A DNA stretch of 64,000 bases from positions 10,785-74,784 of the forward strand of contig CAMDZD010000006.1 of the NCBI GenBank assembly GCA_945910815.1. The letters are read 5' to 3'. Position numbers and translations under genes: made by a program. The DNA comes from an uncultured Clostridia bacterium. Its GTDB lineage: Bacteria > Bacillota > Clostridia > Oscillospirales > Ruminococcaceae. How positions within the stretch are numbered: position 1 is the first letter of the stretch; each line of letters opens with the position of its first letter. Positions 55,914 through 64,000 of this stretch are shown one piece after another. The notes beneath the pieces were generated by a model. That model saw nothing but the letters and a program-made list of their open reading frames with translations. It was not told the origin of the DNA and did no database searches.

Positions 55914-58358
55914 ATGGTATCAAAGAAAAAGGCTCTTACCGCTGGCGTTATGGCGGCTGCCCTTACTGCAAGCTCCGTACTTCCTGTCGCTGCTTCTGCT
56001 GCCGGTACAAGAACTAAAGAAGAAAAATTCGGCGATTCTACTTATGCTGAAAGATTTCTTTCACTTTATGATGATGTTATCACAAATGGTCAGACAAACG
56101 GCTATTTAAGTAAAAATAACGTGGCAAACGGTGGTTTCGGCGTTCCTTACCACGCTGTTGAAACTATGATTATTGAAGCTCCTGACTACGGTCACGAAAC
56201 AACTTCAGAAGCTATGTCATACATCGTATGGATGGCTGCTATGAGAGATGCTATTGCTGCATCAGGCAAGGTTGAAGGTGCTACAAATACTAATGACCTC
56301 GCTAAAGCTTGGAAAACTATGGAAATTATGATTCCTGACGTTCAGCCTAACTACTGGCAGCAGAGCGGTCTTTCAGCTCGTGTTGCTCCCGAATATCAGG
56401 ACCCGACACAGTATCCTGCTCCTCAGGACGCTAATAACACAGGTTCAAACCCGATTTATAATGAACTTAAATCAGCTTACGGCAATTCAGGCGATAAGGG
56501 TCTTTACCTTATGCACTGGCTCGCTGACGTTGATGACTGGTATGGCTTCGGCGGTGGTTCAGGAAAGTTCACTTTCATAAACACATTCCAGAGAGGCGAA
56601 CAGGAATCATGCTGGGAAACAGTTCCTCACCCATGTGTTGAAGAACTCACATACGGTATGCCCGGCAATTACGGTATGAAGGGTCTCTTTAACGGTACAA
56701 GCGAACCGGTTGCAAAGCAGTATGCTTATACAAACGCTCCTGACGCTGAAGACCGTGCTATTCAGGCTGTTTATGATGCCAACAAGTGGGGCGTTGGTGA
56801 TGCTTCAGTTTCTGCTCTTGCAGGTAAGATGGGTGACCAGTGCCGTAACAACATGTTTGATAAATACTATAAGAAAATCGGCTGTCAGAATATCCAGACA
56901 GATACAAACGGCGGTTCAGGACTTCAGGGTCAGCACTTCCTTATGTCATGGTATACATCATGGGGCGGAGCTCTTGACGGTACATGGGCATGGCAGATTG
57001 GTGCTTCACATATGCACGAATTCTATCAGAACCCGCTCGCAGCTTATGCTCTCCTCTACGACAGCGACATTAATGCCGGTATGAAATCTTCAAACGCTAA
57101 CAAGGACTATGAAGAATCATTCAAGAGACAGCTTGAACTCTATCTCTGGCTCCAGTCAGCTGACGGCCCGATTGCCGGCGGTTGTACAAACTCTGCACTT
57201 GGCAGATATGAAACATATGACAAGGTTATGACTGCTGATAACCCGACAAGCTGTGCTAACTCAACATTCTATGATATGGTATATCAGGAACACCCTGTAT
57301 ATGCTGACCCGGGTTCAAACGGCTGGATTGGTAACCAGGTATGGGCTGTACAGCGTCTCGCTGAACTCTATTATGATGTTAAGACTAACGGCTGTAAGTA
57401 TACAGGCAAGGTAGGCGGACTTTCTGTTGAAGAAGCTCTCGAAACTATCCTTGACAGATGGGTTAACTTCTTCCTTGAAAATACAGAACTCACAGATGAC
57501 GGCGATTATTCAATTCCTGCTACACTCAAGTGGACAGGTGTTCCTGCTAAATGGACAGGCACTTATGATGCAAATGCTAACTCCGGTCTTACATGCGAAA
57601 TCTCTGCAAGAGGTAACGCTGACCTTGGTTGCGTATCTTCACTTGCTAACTCACTCATCTACTATGCTGCTGCAAAGGGTGCTCCTTCATCTGATGCAAC
57701 TAATGCAAATGCTTCAACTCCTGAAGGCAAGGCTCTTTACCTCGCTAAGGAACTCCTCGACAGAGAATGGAATATCTGCCGTGATGATATTGGTCTTTCA
57801 AGACCTGACCATAATGGTAGCCTTATCCAGAGATTCTTTGACCAGGAAGTTTGGGTACAGCCTGAATACAACGGCAAGATGCCTAACGGCGACAGCATTT
57901 CAAACGGTGCTACTTTCTTCAGCCTCCGTACAATGTACGAACAGGACGAAAAGTATAAAGACCTCAAGTCTGCTTATGATTCATATGTTGCAGGCGGAAA
58001 GACAGATGCTGCTCTTGAAGAAGCTTCTGATTCCCTCGTACTCACATACCACAGATTCTGGCACGCAGGCGACATTCTTATGGCTAACGGTGTTATGTCA
58101 ATGCTCTATCCTGATGTAACTCCTGACCCGACTACAGAAGGTGATATCCTCTGGGGCGACGTAAACGTTGACGGTAAAGTTGATATTGCTGACGTTGTTG
58201 CTGCTGCTGCTTTCGTTGGTGACAGTGCTAACAATGCTGTTTCTGCTCAGGGTCTCAAGAACGGTGACGTTCAGAATACAGGTGACGGTCTTACTGCAAG
58301 CGATGCTCTCGCTATCCAGCAGTATCTCGCAGGTGCTGTTGAACTCCCTGTTAAGTAA
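55914..58358 (+). CDS. cel48A: GH48 cellobiohydrolase (cellulosomal exoglucanase) with C-terminal dockerin
   Basis: Signal peptide; GVPYHAVETMIIEAPDYGHETTSEA (catalytic Glu), HWLADVDDWYG, INTFQRGEQESCWETVPHP, YTNAPDAEDRA (Asp), HRFWHAGD; dockerin WGDVNVDGKVDIADVV...DALAIQQYL. Confidence 0.97.
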   Translation: MVSKKKALTAGVMAAALTASSVLPVAASAAGTRTKEEKFGDSTYAERFLSLYDDVITNGQTNGYLSKNNVANGGFGVPYHAVETMIIEAPDYGHETTSEAMSYIVWMAAMRDAIAASGKVEGATNTNDLAKAWKTMEIMIPDVQPNYWQQSGLSARVAPEYQDPTQYPAPQDANNTGSNPIYNELKSAYGNSGDKGLYLMHWLADVDDWYGFGGGSGKFTFINTFQRGEQESCWETVPHPCVEELTYGMPGNYGMKGLFNGTSEPVAKQYAYTNAPDAEDRAIQAVYDANKWGVGDASVSALAGKMGDQCRNNMFDKYYKKIGCQNIQTDTNGGSGLQGQHFLMSWYTSWGGALDGTWAWQIGASHMHEFYQNPLAAYALLYDSDINAGMKSSNANKDYEESFKRQLELYLWLQSADGPIAGGCTNSALGRYETYDKVMTADNPTSCANSTFYDMVYQEHPVYADPGSNGWIGNQVWAVQRLAELYYDVKTNGCKYTGKVGGLSVEEALETILDRWVNFFLENTELTDDGDYSIPATLKWTGVPAKWTGTYDANANSGLTCEISARGNADLGCVSSLANSLIYYAAAKGAPSSDATNANASTPEGKALYLAKELLDREWNICRDDIGLSRPDHNGSLIQRFFDQEVWVQPEYNGKMPNGDSISNGATFFSLRTMYEQDEKYKDLKSAYDSYVAGGKTDAALEEASDSLVLTYHRFWHAGDILMANGVMSMLYPDVTPDPTTEGDILWGDVNVDGKVDIADVVAAAAFVGDSANNAVSAQGLKNGDVQNTGDGLTASDALAIQQYLAGAVELPVK

Positions 58359-58379
58359 TTAATATAACTTACCTCTTTC

Positions 58380-58408
58380 AGGCACTCCTTCGGGAGTGCC
58401 TTTTTTTT
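58380..58408 (+). terminator. Intrinsic terminator after the GH48 gene
   Basis: AGGCACTCC-TTCG-GGAGTGCCT-TTTTTTT. Confidence 0.92.
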
Positions 58409-58418
58409 GTCAAAGCAC

Positions 58419-58447
58419 TTGCATTTTATATTATAAAGTGGTATAAT
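58419..58447 (+). promoter_or_regulatory. Sigma-A promoter of the yicC operon
   Basis: TTGCAT (58419-58424) - 17 bp - TATAAT (58442-58447), with extended -10 TG. Confidence 0.75.
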
Positions 58448-58478
58448 AATATATATTTTGAAATGAGGTATTTTTTAT

Positions 58479-59399
58479 ATGAGAAGTATGACAGGTTACG
58501 GAAAATCTCAGAGCATTATTGACGGCCGTGAAATTTCCGTTGAAATCCGTTCAGTCAATCACAGATATTATGAGTTCAGTTCAAGAATACCACGCAATTA
58601 CGCTTATCTTGAGGAAAAGCTTAAAAATCTTCTGCACGAAAAAATTTTCAGAGGAAAAGTTGAAATTTCAGTTTCAATAAATAACATTGAAGATTCCGAC
58701 TGCTCCGTTGAAATCAATAAGCCGGTTCTCGAAAGCTATTTCAATGCCCTTGCTGAACTTTCAGTGAACGGAATTTCAGTTGATGAAAAACTAAGTGATA
58801 TATATGGTAAAACTTACAGAATTGCTAATGACCTTACACTTTCCAAAATTATGAAAATTCCGGATATTTTCACCGTCGCAAGAAAACCCGATGATGAGGA
58901 AAAAATATGGTCTGCCGTTAAATCCGTTGCGGAAAATGCCCTCAAAAGCTTTATTTCCATGCGTGAGGCAGAGGGAGAACGCCTTAAATCCGATATAGCA
59001 ATAAAATTGTCGGTTATAAGCGGAATGGTCGGAAAAATCGAAGTGCTTGAACCCCAGTCAGTCGAGCTTTACCGTGAAAGACTTTACAATAAGCTCCGTG
59101 AAGTCCTTGAAAATTCAAATATCGATGAACAGAGAATTATTACTGAATGTGCTGTTTTCAGTGACAAGGTTGCTGTCGATGAGGAAACAGTCCGCCTTAA
59201 AAGCCATATAAATCAGGTTCTTTCGCTTATAAATTCAGACGAACCTTCCGGCAAGAAAATAGATTTCATTATTCAGGAAATGAACCGTGAAGTTAATACA
59301 ATAGGTTCAAAGTCGCAGAGTATCGACATTACAAGAATTGTTGTCGATTTGAAGTCCGAAATCGAAAAAATCAGAGAACAGATTCAGAATGTGGAGTAA
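58479..59399 (+). CDS. yicC: YicC/YloC family endoribonuclease
   Basis: MRSMTGYG, EIRSVNHRY, RGKVE, DEETVRLKSH, GKKIDFIIQEMNREVNTIGSK, EKIREQIQNVE. Confidence 0.95.
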   Translation: MRSMTGYGKSQSIIDGREISVEIRSVNHRYYEFSSRIPRNYAYLEEKLKNLLHEKIFRGKVEISVSINNIEDSDCSVEINKPVLESYFNALAELSVNGISVDEKLSDIYGKTYRIANDLTLSKIMKIPDIFTVARKPDDEEKIWSAVKSVAENALKSFISMREAEGERLKSDIAIKLSVISGMVGKIEVLEPQSVELYRERLYNKLREVLENSNIDEQRIITECAVFSDKVAVDEETVRLKSHINQVLSLINSDEPSGKKIDFIIQEMNREVNTIGSKSQSIDITRIVVDLKSEIEKIREQIQNVE

Positions 59400-59405
59400 A
59401 ATATT

Positions 59406-59654
59406 ATGCTTATAAATATAGGATACGGAAATATGATTGCCTCACAGCGTATAATTTCGGCTGTAAGTCCTGAATCTGCTCCCATTAAAAGGCTCGTTCA
59501 GGAGGCAAGGGATTCCGGTATGGTAATTGATGCCACATACGGCAGAAAAACAAGAACTGTTATTATTATGGACAGCGGTCATGTAGTGCTTTCTTCACTC
59601 GTTACCGAGACCGTTGCCCAGAGAGTCAACGAAAAGGAGGATAATGATGAATAA
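59406..59654 (+). CDS. remA: RemA/YlzA (DUF370) regulator
   Basis: [41 protein letters not shown]. Confidence 0.93.
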   Translation: MLINIGYGNMIASQRIISAVSPESAPIKRLVQEARDSGMVIDATYGRKTRTVIIMDSGHVVLSSLVTETVAQRVNEKEDNDE

Positions 59655-60252
59655 AGGCTTGCTTATCGTTGTATCTGCTCCGTCAGGTTGCGGAAAGGGT
59701 ACTATTCTTAAAGAAATTCTCAAAGATGAAAGATTCTATTATTCGGTTTCCGCTACTACCCGTGAACCAAGAGAGGGCGAAATCGACGGCGTTCATTACA
59801 GATTCTATTCAAGAGAAAAGTTTGAACAGCTCGTTTCCGAAAATGTTATGCTCGAACATGCCGAATACTGTAATAACTATTACGGCACAAGAGGCGATAT
59901 TGTCGAGGAAATGCGAAACAAGGGCAAGGATGTTATTCTTGAAATAGAAGTTCAGGGTGCTATGAATGTTATGAAAAAATGTCCCGATGCTGTAAGCATT
60001 TTCATTCTTCCTCCGTCTGTCAAAGAACTTGAAAGGCGTCTGCGTAAAAGAGGTACTGAAAAGGAAGATGTCATTGCCGAAAGACTTTCAAAGGCTCTGG
60101 ACGAAATCAGTCATGCAAATCAGTATAAATACATAATTGTTAACAATGCTCTTGAGGATGCTGTTGACGACTTCAAGGCTGTTATAAAGGCTGAAAGGCT
60201 TAAAGCCGAGTATGCCGGAGAAATTTTAGATGAGGTGGTTAAAAATGCTTAG
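59647..60252 (+). CDS. gmk: Guanylate kinase
   Basis: [39 protein letters not shown]. Start 59647 or 59644 after RBS AAGGAGG. Confidence 0.96.
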   Translation: MNKGLLIVVSAPSGCGKGTILKEILKDERFYYSVSATTREPREGEIDGVHYRFYSREKFEQLVSENVMLEHAEYCNNYYGTRGDIVEEMRNKGKDVILEIEVQGAMNVMKKCPDAVSIFILPPSVKELERRLRKRGTEKEDVIAERLSKALDEISHANQYKYIIVNNALEDAVDDFKAVIKAERLKAEYAGEILDEVVKNA

Positions 60253-60445
60253 ACCTTCTGTTAATCAGATTATTTCAAAAAATGAAAGCTGTTACTCACT
60301 TGTAATTGCTGTCGCAAAAAGAGCAAGGGAAATTGCCGACGAACTCTATAAAAGCGGTAAAACTCTTGAGGAAAAACCCGTTAAAACTGCTGTTGAAGAA
60401 TTTGCAAGCGGAAAATATAAAATTATTGAAGCTCCGAAAAGATGA
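60245..60445 (+). CDS. rpoZ: RNA polymerase omega subunit
   Basis: MLRPSV..I, YSLVIAVAKRARE, KPVKTAVEEF; follows gmk. Confidence 0.9.
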   Translation: MLRPSVNQIISKNESCYSLVIAVAKRAREIADELYKSGKTLEEKPVKTAVEEFASGKYKIIEAPKR

Positions 60446-62706
60446 ATCTTATTGCAGATACAGCCGTAAGCGGTACATCTTATTCGTTTGATATGCTTTT
60501 CAGCTATGCAGTCCCCGAAAGTATGAACAGTACTTTAAATGAGGGTTGCCGTGTGATTGTACCGTTCGGCAGGGGCAACCAGAAAAGAACTGCTGTTGTT
60601 ATGAGAATAAGGGAGGGTGATTCCTCTAAACTGAAATATATTGAAATGCAGGCAGATGAAAAGCCTGTTATTTCTCCCGAACTTATAGAACTTTCATTCT
60701 ATCTTCATGACAATACTTTCTGCACTTATTACGATGCAGTCAGAACAATGCTCCCTTCCGGATATAATATAGTTATATCCGGAAATTCAGCACGCAATTC
60801 TGTCGGAATAGAATCACTCAGAATGGTTAAGTTTTCCGGTGAATATCTTGATAATCCCGAAAAATTTAGCCTTACTCCAAAGCAGAAAGCTGTTGCGGAT
60901 ATGCTTGAGGAATCCGCAAGTATGCCCGAAAGAGAACTTGCTTATCTTTGCGGTGTTACTGTTTCCGTAATAAAGCGAATGACTGAAAAAAATATTCTTG
61001 TAAGCTTTGAAAATGAAATTTACAGGGAAGTATATAGTTCAGATACTGAAAAAAGAAATATAAATGATGTTGTACTTTCGGCTGAACAGCAGAAAGCTTT
61101 TCAGGAAATATCAGCAAATTTTATAAAAAAATCTCCCGCTTGCTTTCTGTTGCATGGCGTTACAGGCAGCGGTAAAACACTGATTTTTGAAAAGTTAATC
61201 AATGAAGCTGTTTCAATCGGAAAAACCGCATTATTGCTTATACCCGAAATCGCTCTCACTCCGCAGATTCTTCAGCGGTTCAGAAGCCTTTTCGGAAAAA
61301 GAATTGCCGTTCTGCACAGCGGACTTTCTGCCGGTCAGCGTTACGACGAACACAGAAGAATTAAAAACGGTGATGCCGATATAGTTATAGGGACAAGAAG
61401 TGCTGTATTTGCTCCGCTTGAAAATATCGGTATTATCATTATGGACGAGGAGGGCGAACGCTCCTATAAATCCGACTGTTCGCCACGCTATAATACTGTT
61501 GATGTTGCAAAACAGCGTTGCAGATACCATAACTGTACACTGGTTCTTGCATCTGCAACACCGTCAATAGAAAGTTATTACCGTGCCGAGCGTGGAATAT
61601 ATAAACTTGTCGAACTTAAGGAGAGATACAATAATGCTCCTCTGCCGGAGGTTCATATTGTCGACATGAATATTGAACGTTCAAACGGAAACCGTACAGG
61701 TTTCAGTCACGTTCTTTCTGCCGAAATACAGAATAATCTCGACAGGGGCGAGCAGACTGTAATTCTTCTTAACAGGAGAGGCTATCACACTGTTATGAGC
61801 TGTATTGACTGCGGTCAGCCGGTTTACTGTCCGAACTGCTCCGCACCTATGACCTATCATAAAATTAATGATAAGCTTATGTGCCATTACTGCGGATATA
61901 TTTCGGATATGCCGGAAGTATGCGACAAATGCGGTTCTGCAAGATTCAGAATGACGGGAACGGGTACTCAGCGAGTCGAGGAGGAACTGGAAATGTTCTT
62001 TCCCTCTGCAAGAATACTCCGAATGGACGCTGACACGACTTTTTCACGCCTTTCCTATGAAAAAAGCTTTAAAGATTTTGCGGACGGCAAATATGATATA
62101 ATGCTTGGAACTCAGATGATTGGAAAAGGTCTTGACTTCCCTAATGTAACACTTGTCGGAGTAATTTCCGTTGACAATTCACTTTACAGCGGAGATTTCA
62201 GAAGTTATGAGAGAACTTTTTCCCTTATAACTCAGGTAGTCGGCAGGGGAGGTCGTGACGGCAGACAGTCAAGAGCTTATCTTCAGACATTTATGCCTGA
62301 CCATTATATTATAAATCTTGCGTCACAGCAGGATTATATCAGCTTTTACAATGAGGAAATACAAATCCGCAGAAGTACAATATTCCCTCCGGTATGCGAT
62401 TTATGCGTTATCGGTATATCGGGAACTGATGAGAAAAAGGTTATTTCTGCCGGAAACCGTATAATTTCCATAATCGGCAGTATGCTTGAAAACTGGAATT
62501 ATAAAACTCCTGTAAAGGTTACAGGTCCTCTGAAATGTTCAAGACTCAGAATAAATGGAAAATTCAGGCATAGAATTATAATAAAATGCAAAAATACTAT
62601 TGAAATCCGTGAATTTATAAGTAATGTTATAAAAAAATCAGCAAAGTGCAGGGAACTTTCAGACGTTTCCGTATATGCTGATATGAACGGAGATATTGGA
62701 ATTTAA
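60442..62706 (+). CDS. priA: Primosomal protein N' (replication restart helicase)
   Basis: HGVTGSGKT, IPEIALTPQ, IGTRSAVFAP, DEEGE, SATPS, LNRRGY, two CxxC pairs x2, GTQMIGKGLDF. Confidence 0.96.
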   Translation: MNLIADTAVSGTSYSFDMLFSYAVPESMNSTLNEGCRVIVPFGRGNQKRTAVVMRIREGDSSKLKYIEMQADEKPVISPELIELSFYLHDNTFCTYYDAVRTMLPSGYNIVISGNSARNSVGIESLRMVKFSGEYLDNPEKFSLTPKQKAVADMLEESASMPERELAYLCGVTVSVIKRMTEKNILVSFENEIYREVYSSDTEKRNINDVVLSAEQQKAFQEISANFIKKSPACFLLHGVTGSGKTLIFEKLINEAVSIGKTALLLIPEIALTPQILQRFRSLFGKRIAVLHSGLSAGQRYDEHRRIKNGDADIVIGTRSAVFAPLENIGIIIMDEEGERSYKSDCSPRYNTVDVAKQRCRYHNCTLVLASATPSIESYYRAERGIYKLVELKERYNNAPLPEVHIVDMNIERSNGNRTGFSHVLSAEIQNNLDRGEQTVILLNRRGYHTVMSCIDCGQPVYCPNCSAPMTYHKINDKLMCHYCGYISDMPEVCDKCGSARFRMTGTGTQRVEEELEMFFPSARILRMDADTTFSRLSYEKSFKDFADGKYDIMLGTQMIGKGLDFPNVTLVGVISVDNSLYSGDFRSYERTFSLITQVVGRGGRDGRQSRAYLQTFMPDHYIINLASQQDYISFYNEEIQIRRSTIFPPVCDLCVIGISGTDEKKVISAGNRIISIIGSMLENWNYKTPVKVTGPLKCSRLRINGKFRHRIIIKCKNTIEIREFISNVIKKSAKCRELSDVSVYADMNGDIGI

Positions 62707-62723
62707 ATAGACGGAGGATAAAA

Positions 62724-63188
62724 ATGGCTATAAGAAAAATTCTCACTCAGGAAGACGAAACACTTCATGCAGTCTGCAAGCCTGTCGAAAAATTCGATGA
62801 AAAGCTTGCACAGCTGCTTGACGATATGCATGAAACTCTTGACAAGGCTCAGGGCGTAGGTCTTGCAGCTCCGCAAATCGGTGTAAGACGCAGAATTTTT
62901 ATAATGCATGTCGATGACGAAAAAATTGAAGCTATAAATCCCCAGATTATCAGGGCAAAAGGAAAACAGAGAGTTCTTGAAGGCTGTCTGTCATGTCCGA
63001 ATCAGTGGGGATACGTTACAAGACCTCTAAAATGCGTTTTAAAGGCTCAGGACAGAAACGGTAACTGGTATGAAAAAAAGTTCTCCGACCTTGCCTCACA
63101 GTGTACATGTCACGAAAATGACCACCTTGACGGTCATTTATTTACCGAAATAGTAGAGGAATTTGTAGTTCCTGATGAGGAAGAATAA
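62724..63188 (+). CDS. def: Peptide deformylase
   Basis: GVGLAAPQIG, EGCLS, HENDHLDG motifs. Confidence 0.96.
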   Translation: MAIRKILTQEDETLHAVCKPVEKFDEKLAQLLDDMHETLDKAQGVGLAAPQIGVRRRIFIMHVDDEKIEAINPQIIRAKGKQRVLEGCLSCPNQWGYVTRPLKCVLKAQDRNGNWYEKKFSDLASQCTCHENDHLDGHLFTEIVEEFVVPDEEE

Positions 63189-64000
63189 TGAACAGACTTA
63201 AAATTGTATTTATGGGAACTCCGGATTTTGCAGTACCATGTCTTGAAACGCTTGTTAAAACCGAAGATGTAAAAGCTGTATTTACGCAGCCTGATAAACC
63301 TAAAGGACGTGGATTCAAAATGATTCCCACACCTGTTAAAGTATCGGCTCTTGAATATAATATTCCCGTATATCAGCCAAAGTCACTCCGAAAGTGTGAG
63401 GACGCTGAAAATTCTATGCAGATATTAAGGGAAATAAATCCCGATTTGATAGTTGTGACGGCATATGGTCAGATTCTTCCGAAAGAAGTTCTTGAACTTC
63501 CTAAGTATGGCTGTATAAACATTCACGCATCACTTCTTCCAAAATACAGAGGTGCTGCACCGATTCAGTGGTGCATACTCAACGGCGAAAAGAAAACCGG
63601 TGTAACTTCAATGCAAATGGATATAGGTCTTGATACGGGCGATATGCTTGTAAAGCGTGAAACCGATATAGGTGAAAACGAAACTTCAGCCGAACTCTTT
63701 GAAAGACTTTCCATAATGGGTGGAGAAGTTCTTGCGGAAACTATTGAAAAAATCAAATCCGATTCCCTTGAACCTGTTAAACAGGACGATTCTCTTTCAT
63801 CTTATTCGCCTATGATTTCAAAGGAAATGAGCCGTCTTGACTTTTCAAAGTCAGCACTGGAAATTCACAATATAATAAGAGGTATTACAGGCTTTACAAT
63901 GCTTGACGGAAAAAGACTTAAAATTTACCGTTCATCGCTCACAGGAGAATACTCAACGGCACAGAACGGTGAAATTGCTGATTTAAAAAATTTCGGAGTA
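63188..64000 (+). CDS. fmt: Methionyl-tRNA formyltransferase (partial, runs off the window end; not in the ORF track)
   Basis: ATG at 63188 overlapping the def stop: MNRLKIVFMGTPDFAVPCL..FTQPDKPKGRG..NIHASLLPKYRGAAPIQW..LDTGDM. Confidence 0.95.
   Translation, partial: MNRLKIVFMGTPDFAVPCLETLVKTEDVKAVFTQPDKPKGRGFKMIPTPVKVSALEYNIPVYQPKSLRKCEDAENSMQILREINPDLIVVTAYGQILPKEVLELPKYGCINIHASLLPKYRGAAPIQWCILNGEKKTGVTSMQMDIGLDTGDMLVKRETDIGENETSAELFERLSIMGGEVLAETIEKIKSDSLEPVKQDDSLSSYSPMISKEMSRLDFSKSALEIHNIIRGITGFTMLDGKRLKIYRSSLTGEYSTAQNGEIADLKNFGV

Overview
A chromosomal segment from an AT-rich, cellulosome-producing Bacillota, most like Ruminococcus. The evidence is a GH48 cellulase plus three other dockerin-bearing proteins, and spoVT with a forespore-type promoter; the taxonomy is inferred from protein families only. 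In order, it holds: the end of a Wzx/Wzy polysaccharide locus; an ECF sigma / beta-propeller anti-sigma / 4x IseA-like-dockerin operon; a nitrogen cluster; ftsEX with M23 and S41 peptidases; argS, murI and ddl; two phosphofructokinases, spoVT, glgB, recD2 and an mreB paralogue; two c-di-GMP enzymes and ppa-prs; an OmpR-family two-component system with htrA; a GldAFG-like ABC system; cel48; and yicC-remA-gmk-rpoZ-priA-def-fmt. No rRNA, tRNA, CRISPR array, transposase or integrase was seen. The best candidate for an undescribed system is the nitrogen cluster. It pairs a glutamine-synthetase homologue that has lost most metal and catalytic residues with an ANTAR protein lacking the phosphoacceptor Asp. 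An ANTAR-type hexaloop hairpin overlaps a terminator in the leader of the neighbouring Amt-PII fusion gene. Other leads are a candidate ~130-nt sRNA sharing tandem OmpR-type boxes with the response regulator and htrA, a dockerin-borne tandem autolysin-inhibitor-like protein, and an inverted repeat pair around an AT-rich spacer. All family calls come from motif recognition by eye; no database searches were run.
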